A DNA stretch of 58,513 nucleotides from assembly GCA_043819795.1 (NCBI GenBank), contig JBDREN010000090.1:1-58513 (forward strand), read 5' to 3'. This DNA comes from Elusimicrobiota bacterium (GTDB lineage: Bacteria; Elusimicrobiota; Elusimicrobia; UBA1565). The position numbers and the translations under genes are program-made. The notes under the pieces are model-generated. The model was not told the origin of the DNA. It was given only the letters and a program-made list of their open reading frames with translations, and ran no database searches. Positions 47,775 to 55,683 of this stretch are shown piece after piece. Positions within the stretch are counted from its first letter, which is position 1; each line of letters starts with the position of its first letter.

Positions 47775-47925
47775 GGCGTCAGGCTGAAACTCATGAAACT
47801 TATGGCGCCGCGGGGCAATCCGCATCGTGCCGGCGGCAGGGCCGGAGGGCTTTCGATACGAACGCATGACCGCCTCATGGCACGCCTGCCCATTCTAAAA
47901 GTTTCATAAGTTTCAGCCTGACGCC
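47775..47925. mobile_element. RAYT-type MITE copy 2 (151 bp, intact)
   Basis: 27-bp TIR with one mismatch; interior retains ATGGCACGCCTGCCC (MARLP), resembling a RAYT/Y1 transposase start. Confidence 0.85.
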
Positions 47926-47932
47926 GGATTTT

Positions 47933-48077
47933 CTCCCTATTTTCACATTGCCGATTGCAGCGATGTGGCTTCGCTATTCAACCGGGAGCCGGACAGTTTT
48001 CCGGAGGGTCTTTATGGGAGGGCTTATCCGGTACGCACCCGTCGCTATGGGGACCTTACTTCAGTATGTCCTAATGA
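47933..48077 (+). repeat. 145-bp duplicate of 47444-47588 (internal part of the four-TM gene)
   Basis: Direct repeat with one substitution (CAGTTTCCCGG vs CAGTTTTCCGG). Confidence 0.92.
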
Positions 48078-48078
48078 G

Positions 48079-48377
48079 ATGATTATCAGGCTTCAACTTC
48101 ATACGCGCACGCCGACTGCCGCGCGGCAAGCGCCCGCGATTGGCTGAACTGGCCCGGACAGCGGCGGAGAAGAGTGCGATCTCCGTCACGGCGCTTCTTG
48201 GGCGCAGCAGAGAGCGCCGTGTGTGCTCCATGCGCAGGGACATCGTCGGACAGGCGCTCAAGCATGGCTGCACTCTTGCCGAGCTTGCTCGATTCCTGGG
48301 CCTTTCCCATTCCGCCGCCTCCAACCTGGCTGCCCCGAAAGTTGCATAACTTGCAGAAGTTGAAGCCTGATAATCAT
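48079..48377 (+). mobile_element. Internally deleted RAYT-like element retaining the C-terminal DnaA_C/TrpR-like HTH
   Basis: 22-bp perfect IR ATGATTATCAGGCTTCAACTTC; remnant ORF 48140-48349 (LLGRSRERRVCSMRR...TLAELARFLGLSHSAAS). Confidence 0.7.
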
Positions 48378-48447
48378 ATAGAGATCCCCTCCCACAGGTT
48401 GTATTGTTTCGTTGCAAGACGAACATTCCAACCCAAGGAGGGGACTG

Positions 48448-49467
48448 ATGAAATTATACGTAGGAATCGACCTGCATTCCAACAACAGCGTGCTGGTGAT
48501 CTTGGATGAACATGATCGCATCGTATACGAGCGGCGTCTACGAAATGAACTGCCGCTTATTTTGACGGAGCTGGCGCCGTACCGAGAGAAGGTCGAGGCG
48601 ATAGCCGTGGAGTCAACGTACAATTGGTACTGGCTCGTCGATGGCCTGATGGAGGCCGGCTACACCGTGAAGCTGGTGAACACGGCGGCGGTGAAGACCT
48701 ACGACGGGCTCAAGTACACGGCCGACGAGCACGATGCCCGGCACCTGGCGCACCTGCTGCGGCTGGGAATCCTGCCGACGGGCTACATCTATCCGAAGCA
48801 AGAGCGCGCCATCCGCGACCTCTTGCGCAAGCGCGCCCAGTTGGTGCGCTGCCGCACCGCGCAGATCTTGAGCATCCAGAACCTGGTCAGCCGCAATAGC
48901 GGCAAGGGGATCAAAACCAACGATATCCGCCGGCTCGACGAAGAGGCGATCGGCCGTCTTTGCGGTGGCGATGGCGCTAGGGCGTTGGCGATGCAAAGCA
49001 ACCTGGCGGTGATGCGCTGCCTGGATGAGCAGATTCAGGGACTCGAGCGCGTGGTGCTGGCGAAGGCAAAGCTCAAGCCGGCCTTCGAGAAACTCCAGAC
49101 CGTCGCCGGCATTGGGAAAATCCTCGGCATGACCATCATGTACGAGGCGGGAACCCTGGAGCGCTTTGCGAAGGTCGGGTGCTTCGCCTCCTATGCGCGC
49201 TGCGTGAGCAGTTCGCGTTGGAGTAATAACAAGAAGAAAGGCGAGGGCAACCGCAAGAATGGAAACAAGTACTTGGCGTGGGCGTTTGTCGAGGCGGCGC
49301 ATTTTGCCGTGCGCGGCAACGAGCGCATCCGGCGATTTCATCAGCGCAAGAAGGCCAAGACCAACGGGGTCGTCGCCGTCAAGGCGGTAGCCCATAAGCT
49401 GGCCCGCGCTTGCTACCACGTGCTCAAGAACCAGGTTCCCTTCGAGGAGGCGCGGGCTTTCGCGTAA
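48448..49467 (+). CDS. IS110-family DEDD recombinase/transposase
   Basis: GIDLH, AVEST, DEHDA RuvC-like residues; AGIG...FASY...S...GNKYL...AVAHKL C-terminal domain; AGGAGGGG RBS. Confidence 0.95.
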   Translation: MKLYVGIDLHSNNSVLVILDEHDRIVYERRLRNELPLILTELAPYREKVEAIAVESTYNWYWLVDGLMEAGYTVKLVNTAAVKTYDGLKYTADEHDARHLAHLLRLGILPTGYIYPKQERAIRDLLRKRAQLVRCRTAQILSIQNLVSRNSGKGIKTNDIRRLDEEAIGRLCGGDGARALAMQSNLAVMRCLDEQIQGLERVVLAKAKLKPAFEKLQTVAGIGKILGMTIMYEAGTLERFAKVGCFASYARCVSSSRWSNNKKKGEGNRKNGNKYLAWAFVEAAHFAVRGNERIRRFHQRKKAKTNGVVAVKAVAHKLARACYHVLKNQVPFEEARAFA

Positions 49468-49469
49468 CG

Positions 49470-49860
49470 ATTTAGGTGGAGGAGGCGAGCTCGACAACGG
49501 TGTTGGTAAAACCACCAGTCTGATTAGCCGCTTCCTCCACCGCTGTTTTGGGCGAAGACGCCTCGGCCGTGAACCAGCTAGGGGTTGGCTCGACGCGAGT
49601 CGTAAGCCATAAATCTGTCGGCGGCATGGGCCGCCATCGAATGGACACGGCCGGGTACCAAAGGTTTTCTGGGCCCTCGGACAGAGGGCAGGGGCGACGG
49701 CAGTATCGTAGCCGGAGCCTTGACCCTGATGAGTGACGGGTGCGGCTTCGTGCCGACGCTAAATCAAAGAGAACCCGGATGCGGATGCGCCTTCAACAGC
49801 GGCAACGATTAGACGCGATGACGAACACCCACGGCCTGTGGGCTGGGATTCTTTTGCCCA
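49470..49860 (+). ncRNA. Candidate bridge/seek RNA of the IS110 element
   Basis: About 390-nt non-coding end; stem 49475-49487/49529-49541 encloses segments matching both target flanks; ATGAGTGA (49729-49736) equals the IS right end. Confidence 0.7.
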
Positions 49861-49989
49861 TTGACGCGGGGACCTCTAATGAGTGACACTGTTGTCCTAG
49901 CCTGACACTGTTGTCCTGTTGTCCTGACGCCTTTTCCGCTTTTTGATAGGCTTTCCCCGCGGGCTCAAGAGCGCAACCGGAGGCGCCTC

Positions 49990-51027
49990 ATGGAGTATAT
50001 CGTCGTCTCGATCGTCATCCCCGTCATCGTGTTCATGGAGGCCTTGCTCCTCCTGCTCATCCACCGCTTCCTCAAATACAGGTTCGCCCCGTATCTCGCG
50101 CTCGTCTGCCTGGTCCTCGGCATCCTGACCGACGGGACCATCATCACCGATTTCAGCGTGCTCCGGCTTATACTCCCGGTTTTCAACGCGGTCGCGCTCT
50201 TCGCCGCTCTCAAGCTCAACGAAAGGTGGCGCAAGATCCTTCTATCGAGCCTTTGCGCCGGGGGAGCGGCCTTCGTCTTCACGGCGGCGATCTCATTCAC
50301 CATCACCAGGCCGGCCGTGCTGCATTTCCTCACCCGCACGTGGGCCGAAGAGGGGGCCCCGGAGGCGCTGTGCGCCCAAGCCGTTTTTCTGCACGAAGGA
50401 GTTGGCGGGCCCGGGGACGCCGCCAAGGGCCGCAAGCTGGCCGAGATGGCCGCCGAACAGGGGAACGCCGATTGCCAGCACCTGGTGGGGAGGCTGTATG
50501 CGGACGGGGAAGGATTCCCTCAAGATATAGCCAAGGGCGTCAAGTGGCTGCGCCTGGCCGCGGCGCAGGGAGAGACGGACGCGCAAGCCGACCTGGGAAA
50601 TATCCTCTTCGCGAACTATCGCGACGAACCGACCCTCGAAGAGGGCGTCAAATGGCTGAGTCTGGCCGCGAAAAAAGGCGTTCCCAGAGCCCAATACCTT
50701 CTCGCGCAAGCTCACTCGAGGGCCTGGGGCACGCCGAAAGACATCGAGCAAGCGGCCGCGTGGGCCTCCAGGGCCGCCTTCCAGGGCCACGCCGAGGCCC
50801 AATACCTCCTGGGCTTGTTCCGCTTGGACGGCGATGGCGTCCCGCAAAACTACGCCCGATCCTACAAGTGGCTCTCCCTCGCCGCCGCCGCGGGGCATAA
50901 GGAAGCCCGCGAGCTCGTCACCGAACTGGAAAGCGAAATGACGCCCGAAGAGATCAGCGCGGGCAAAAGGCTGGCCGAAGCTTTCCGGAAAGTGGAAGAA
51001 GCGTCAGGCGTTGACTCTGTCGACTAG
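49990..51027 (+). CDS. Membrane-anchored Sel1-like repeat protein
   Basis: Four N-terminal TMs; AAEQGNADCQHLVGRLYADGEG-type repeats; terminal YKWLSLAAAAG...MTPEEI motif. Confidence 0.92.
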   Translation: MEYIVVSIVIPVIVFMEALLLLLIHRFLKYRFAPYLALVCLVLGILTDGTIITDFSVLRLILPVFNAVALFAALKLNERWRKILLSSLCAGGAAFVFTAAISFTITRPAVLHFLTRTWAEEGAPEALCAQAVFLHEGVGGPGDAAKGRKLAEMAAEQGNADCQHLVGRLYADGEGFPQDIAKGVKWLRLAAAQGETDAQADLGNILFANYRDEPTLEEGVKWLSLAAKKGVPRAQYLLAQAHSRAWGTPKDIEQAAAWASRAAFQGHAEAQYLLGLFRLDGDGVPQNYARSYKWLSLAAAAGHKEARELVTELESEMTPEEISAGKRLAEAFRKVEEASGVDSVD

Positions 51028-51116
51028 TCCGGGACGGCCGAGCTTATAGACGGGGGCGCTGAGCCCCGGGCCCCGGACCGGGCTCCTTAAGTTAACAAAG
51101 TTAACACCCGACGCCT

Positions 51117-53537
51117 TTACCAGCGGGCTTCGTAGCCGATGGCCGGGGATCCCGGGGCCGAGACGGCCGTGATGTCCGCGGTGCCGTATGACTCCGTCCC
51201 TTGATGCATGACGGGACCCCAGGCCCCCGAGCACAGGGTGGTCTGGGTGTTCTCGAATCCGGTCACCCTGGCGCAAGTGAAGGTGGGCCCGTCGTGCCAG
51301 TAACCGCCGCTCCACGAGGTGACGTAGGGCGTGTCGCCGCACGGTCCACCCATCGTGACGAGGTCGTATGCCCCGGCACGCGCCTGCAATGCCGCGGATG
51401 CGAACGTGCATGACATGGGGCTGTCCGTCGAACCCCGTGTCCAGTTGTCGATCACGCTCGGCTTCCTCGGGAGGCCGTTGGCGACCAAGCACGCCGCCCC
51501 CATCCGCTCCATGCTCGTCAACCCTTGCGGCAGGAGCGCGTACGGCACTTCTATGCACTCCTTGTCGCCGGTCTGCCAGTCGACCGCATAGCCGGGCGCC
51601 GTTCCGGTGAGGAACAAGGAGGGGTCCAAGTCGAGCAGCTGGCCCAGGCCGGCGGCCAAGTCCTCCGGCAAAACCGGCTCCCAGCTTTCCTTCTCGCCCT
51701 CGTCGAAGCCGGGCGGGGTGTAGCCTTCCCAGCCCTTCTTCTCGCCTTTGTTGAATCCGGCGGGGACCTTCGAGGCGCCCGGCGGCAAGGCGATGGGGCA
51801 GATGTTGCCCCTGCCGTCGCCGTCCGAGTCCTCCTGGCCGGGGTTGGGCGTGTTCGGGCAGTTGTCCGCGTCGCCGCACACCCCGTCCCCGTCGGCGTCG
51901 TTGTCTGGGTCGTAGGGGCACGCGTCGCAGGCGTCGCCGAGGCCGTCGCGGTCTTTGTCCTTCTGCGTCTTATTGGGGGTCACCGGGCAGTTGTCGCGCT
52001 CGTCGTCGACCCCGTCGTTGTCGTCGTCGGGATCGCAGCCGTCGCGCAAGCCGTCGCCGTCGGTGTCGGTATCGGGGTACTCGAAGGCGCCGATGTCCAC
52101 GGTCGCCGTCCCGTCGCAATCGGCGTCGAACACGCGGGCGTTGCCGTCCGCGTCGGTCGCGGGCAGGCCGGGGGCGTCGTTGGACCCGGCGTCTATGGCG
52201 GGGGATCCGGCCAGCAGCCGGTAGTCGCCTTCGGCCGGGTCCGCGAACAGCGGGTCCGCCGAGATATTGTCCTCGACCGTCGGGTAGGATCCGTAGCCGC
52301 TAGTGATGTCCCGAGCGTTGTCCCAGAGGTCGTTGTAGGTTATCAGCGGGGAGGACTCGTAATAGTTGTAGATGCCGTTTCTGTTGCCGGCGATCACATT
52401 ATTGGTGACGACCGAGTCGACGCCCCGGTAGTTGTAGACGCCGTCATAGGGGTGGTCGACGATGGTGTTGTTGGTGATGATGGGGGAGCAATCGTACCGG
52501 CTCTCGATGCCGCTCCGAAGGTTGCCGGCCAGAAGGTTGTTGGCTATGAGCGGAGACGAGCGGGAGTTCTCGATGCCGTCCCTCCCATTGCCCATGCTCA
52601 CGTTGCCGATCACCGTCGCGTCGGAGTCTCGGTTCTCGACGCCGTCCCTGCCGTTGCCGTTCAGAACGTTGCCGGTGATCACCGGAGACGAGTACGAGTT
52701 CTCGACGCCGGCCCTGCCGTTGCCGCTGGCCTCGTTGCCGGAGATTTCCGCGGAGGAGCGGTAGTTTTTGACGCCGGTGCGGCCGTTGCCGCTCAAGCTG
52801 TTGCCGGCGATCACCGGGGCGGCATAGTAGTAGTTGAAGACGCCGCTGTACGCGTTGCCGTCGATCGCGTTGCCCGTGATCTCCGGGGCGGACCCGGAAG
52901 CGAAGTTGAACACGCCGGTGTGCCCGTTGTCGACGATCGTGTTCTCGTATATGCCGGGAGAGGACCCGTAGTTGTAGACGCCGGCGTGGGGCCTGGGGGG
53001 ATTCTGCCCCAGGGAGGGGAAGGTCTGGAAGTTGGTGCTGTACCCGTTCTCGCCGATGCGGTTGTCGGCGATCCGCGGGGAGGACTCGACGTTGAAGATG
53101 CCGTGCGTCACGTTGCCCGAGACATCGTTGCCGGTGATCTCCGCGGGGGTCCGCCGCCAATTGAGGATGCCCACGGTGCTGCCCGTTATGGCGAGGCCCG
53201 AGATGGAGCTCCCGTCCGCGCCGAGGATGGTGTACGTCCAGCCCGAATGCTGGGTGTCCGGCATCCCGTACCAGCTGCCGTCGCCCCGGAGCGTGGTCGC
53301 CTCGGCCCCCGAGCCCCGCAGCGCGACCTCCGCCTTCAAAGCGACGCTCTCGGTGTAGTCCCCGGGCGCGACCAGGACCGTGTCGCCGCTCTGGGCGGCG
53401 TCGATCCCCGCCTGGATGGTCGGGTAATCGCCCGGCACGTTCAACGTGGCCGCCAAGGCCGAGCCCGCCAGAGCCAACAGCAGCGCTCCCGCCAATCCCG
53501 ACGCCGTCACCGCTTCACCGATCCCGGATCTCTTCAT
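51117..53537 (-). CDS. Secreted right-handed beta-helix protein with thrombospondin type-3 Ca-binding repeats
   Basis: VPGDYPTIQAGIDAA, 22-aa SSPxIxGN repeats, GSPAIDAG...DIGAFE, DxDxDGxGDxCD repeats. Confidence 0.9.
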   Translation of the reverse strand: MKRSGIGEAVTASGLAGALLLALAGSALAATLNVPGDYPTIQAGIDAAQSGDTVLVAPGDYTESVALKAEVALRGSGAEATTLRGDGSWYGMPDTQHSGWTYTILGADGSSISGLAITGSTVGILNWRRTPAEITGNDVSGNVTHGIFNVESSPRIADNRIGENGYSTNFQTFPSLGQNPPRPHAGVYNYGSSPGIYENTIVDNGHTGVFNFASGSAPEITGNAIDGNAYSGVFNYYYAAPVIAGNSLSGNGRTGVKNYRSSAEISGNEASGNGRAGVENSYSSPVITGNVLNGNGRDGVENRDSDATVIGNVSMGNGRDGIENSRSSPLIANNLLAGNLRSGIESRYDCSPIITNNTIVDHPYDGVYNYRGVDSVVTNNVIAGNRNGIYNYYESSPLITYNDLWDNARDITSGYGSYPTVEDNISADPLFADPAEGDYRLLAGSPAIDAGSNDAPGLPATDADGNARVFDADCDGTATVDIGAFEYPDTDTDGDGLRDGCDPDDDNDGVDDERDNCPVTPNKTQKDKDRDGLGDACDACPYDPDNDADGDGVCGDADNCPNTPNPGQEDSDGDGRGNICPIALPPGASKVPAGFNKGEKKGWEGYTPPGFDEGEKESWEPVLPEDLAAGLGQLLDLDPSLFLTGTAPGYAVDWQTGDKECIEVPYALLPQGLTSMERMGAACLVANGLPRKPSVIDNWTRGSTDSPMSCTFASAALQARAGAYDLVTMGGPCGDTPYVTSWSGGYWHDGPTFTCARVTGFENTQTTLCSGAWGPVMHQGTESYGTADITAVSAPGSPAIGYEARW

Positions 53538-53621
53538 GCTTCCCCCTTAAATCGTCCACTACATGTTTAGCCCCGATGAGCTAATAAGTCAAGGATAAGC
53601 CCCCGACGACGCGCGGTGCGC

Positions 53622-54236
53622 TCAGCTTCCTCGCGAGCGGAAGCCGATTCTCTTCCCGGGCTCATGGGACGGGGACATAATCTCACGGATCGCCTGAAAA
53701 ATGTTGCGTATCTGCGTGTCGTGGCTCTGGGTCTTTCTCTCCAATTCATCAAGTCTCTTGGCGAGCTCCTTGTGCGCGGAAACCATCCGCCGCAGCTTGA
53801 CGAAGGCCCGCATGATGGCGATGTTGGCCCGGACCGCCCGTTTGCTGCGGAGTACGCCGGAGAGCATCGCCACGCCCTGCTCCGTGAATACGCGCGGGAG
53901 GTATCTCCGGCCGCCCCAACTTGAGATTCCAAATTGGAATCTCAAGTTCTTCTCCTCCTCGGCGGAGAGCTGGAACATGAAGTCGGGGGGGAAGCGGTCC
54001 TTGTTGCGGCTGACCGCTTTGTTGAGCTCGGACGTCTTGACGCCGTAGAGCCCGGCCAAGTCCGAATCCAGCATGACCCGGCGGCCGCGGATGAGGAAGA
54101 TGCGCCGGACAATGCGCCCGGCACGCACTGTTGGAGAAATACCCACACTACCCGTACGAACCACCAGGCCGTCTGGTTCCCTGAACCATCGACGCCTGGG
54201 CCTGGGCCGGACACCTCTGGTTAACAAAGCTACCAC
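53622..54236 (-). CDS. ORF6N domain DNA-binding protein; true start probably near 54146
   Basis: IRGRRVMLDSDLAGLYGV...RNKDRFPPDFMFQL...FTEQGVAMLSGVLRS...IMRAFV...RIGF. Confidence 0.9.
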   Translation of the reverse strand: MVALLTRGVRPRPRRRWFREPDGLVVRTGSVGISPTVRAGRIVRRIFLIRGRRVMLDSDLAGLYGVKTSELNKAVSRNKDRFPPDFMFQLSAEEEKNLRFQFGISSWGGRRYLPRVFTEQGVAMLSGVLRSKRAVRANIAIMRAFVKLRRMVSAHKELAKRLDELERKTQSHDTQIRNIFQAIREIMSPSHEPGKRIGFRSRGS

Positions 54237-54319
54237 CTGACGCCATATTCCATTTTGCTACTCTCTGGTCGATGGCGCTTGAATCCCGGATGTCCACGCT
54301 TTCGAAGAGGCTCTCCATC

Positions 54320-54994
54320 ATGTTCCGCCGCGCCCTCGATATCTCCGCCGTTTTTTTGCTGATCCTTTCCGCGGCGGCCTGCGGCTGCAAGCCGGGTGAA
54401 GAGGGGACCGGCGCGGCGCCCCCGCCGAGCGTCAAGCCGGCCCGGAACGTCTACCTGTTCCTCGGGGATTCATTGACCGCGGGCTACGGCGTGACGGCCG
54501 AGGAAGCCTTCCCGGCGCTCCTCGGAGAGCGTTGGCGCGAAGAGGGGATCCCTTTCCGGGCCCGCAACGGAGGGGCCGGCGGCATGACGACGGCGGTGCT
54601 CCTCGATAATCTCGATTGGCACCTGACCGGCGACGTCCATACCGTCTTTCTTTGCATCGGCGCCAATGACGGGCTCCGGGGCCGGGATCTCGGCCGGACA
54701 AAGCGGGACCTGGATTCGATCATCCGCCGCGTAAAGGCGGCCGGCCCGAGGGTGGTCCTTGCCGGCGTCAAGATCCCGCCGAACTACGGCGCGGAGTATT
54801 CCCGCCGCTTCGAGGAGATCTTCCCCGCGCTGGCTCGGAGCTGGGATCTTAAGATCATGCCGTTCCTCTTGGAAGGGGTCGGAGGTGAAAGAGATTTGAA
54901 TATCCAAGACGGGATCCATCCCAACCCCGAAGGGCATCGTCTGATCGCGCGCAACGTCCACGCCTTCCTGGAGTCCGAGGGGCTCCTGAAATGA
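54320..54994 (+). CDS. tesA: Arylesterase / SGNH lipase, probable lipoprotein
   Basis: GDSLTAGYG, GANDGLRG, PPNYG, DGIHPN. Confidence 0.9.
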   Translation: MFRRALDISAVFLLILSAAACGCKPGEEGTGAAPPPSVKPARNVYLFLGDSLTAGYGVTAEEAFPALLGERWREEGIPFRARNGGAGGMTTAVLLDNLDWHLTGDVHTVFLCIGANDGLRGRDLGRTKRDLDSIIRRVKAAGPRVVLAGVKIPPNYGAEYSRRFEEIFPALARSWDLKIMPFLLEGVGGERDLNIQDGIHPNPEGHRLIARNVHAFLESEGLLK

Positions 54995-55683
54995 GCGGGC
55001 CCGGAACCGCCCCCCTGTTCGCGCTCAAGGACGTCGTGAAGGAGTTCACGGCGGCCGGCCGGAAGGTCCGGGTCTTGGACGGCGTGAGCTTCACCGTCAA
55101 GCCGGGCGAGAGGATCGCCGTCACCGGCCCCAGCGGCAGCGGAAAGTCGACGCTTTTGGGATTGATGGCCGGGCTCGAACGGCCGAGCTCCGGAGGCATC
55201 CTCGTCAAGGGCGAGCCGACCTCCGCTTGGGACGAGGACCGCCTCGCGGCCTGGCGTCTGCGTTCGGTCGGTTTCATCTTTCAGAATTTCCGGCTCGTAT
55301 CCAGCTTGACCGCCCTCGAGAACGTCCTCGTCCCCCTGGAGATCCAGGGGGGGGATCCGGCGGCGATCCGCGAACGGGCGGAGCTCGTCCTGCGAAGCCT
55401 GGGGCTCGCCGGGCGCGAGGGGCATTTCCCGCCGCAGCTTTCCGGCGGGGAGCAGCAGCGTGTGGCGATCGCCCGCGCCCACGTCCACCGGCCCGAGGTC
55501 ATCTTCGCGGACGAGCCCACCGGGAGCCTCGACAGCCGTACGGCCGATTCGATCATGGAGAGGCTCCTTCGGATCAACAAAGAGGCGGGCGCGTCGCTGG
55601 TCCTCGTGACCCATAATCCGGAGCTCGCCGGGCTTATGGAGCGGTCCGTCGCGTTGGAAGGGGGCCGGCTGCGGTCTTCATGA
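54991..55683 (+). CDS. ybbA: ABC transporter ATP-binding protein (YbbA-like)
   Basis: GPSGSGKST, LSGGEQQRVA, ADEPTG; adjacent to tesA and a YbbP-like permease. Confidence 0.88.
   Translation: MSGPGTAPLFALKDVVKEFTAAGRKVRVLDGVSFTVKPGERIAVTGPSGSGKSTLLGLMAGLERPSSGGILVKGEPTSAWDEDRLAAWRLRSVGFIFQNFRLVSSLTALENVLVPLEIQGGDPAAIRERAELVLRSLGLAGREGHFPPQLSGGEQQRVAIARAHVHRPEVIFADEPTGSLDSRTADSIMERLLRINKEAGASLVLVTHNPELAGLMERSVALEGGRLRSS

Larger units (their letters stand above)
48368..49886 (+). mobile_element. IS110-family element with long 3' non-coding end (IS1111-like architecture)
   Basis: TGA core at both ends (48368-48370, 49884-49886); sub-terminal IR TAGAGATCCCC/GGGGACCTCTA; outward-facing -35 TTGACG at 49861 that pairs with GATAAT across the circle junction. 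Confidence 0.85.

Noticed and set aside
47444..48077. Diversity-generating retroelement TR/VR pair
   Set aside because: Only one C/T difference, and no reverse transcriptase in the window.
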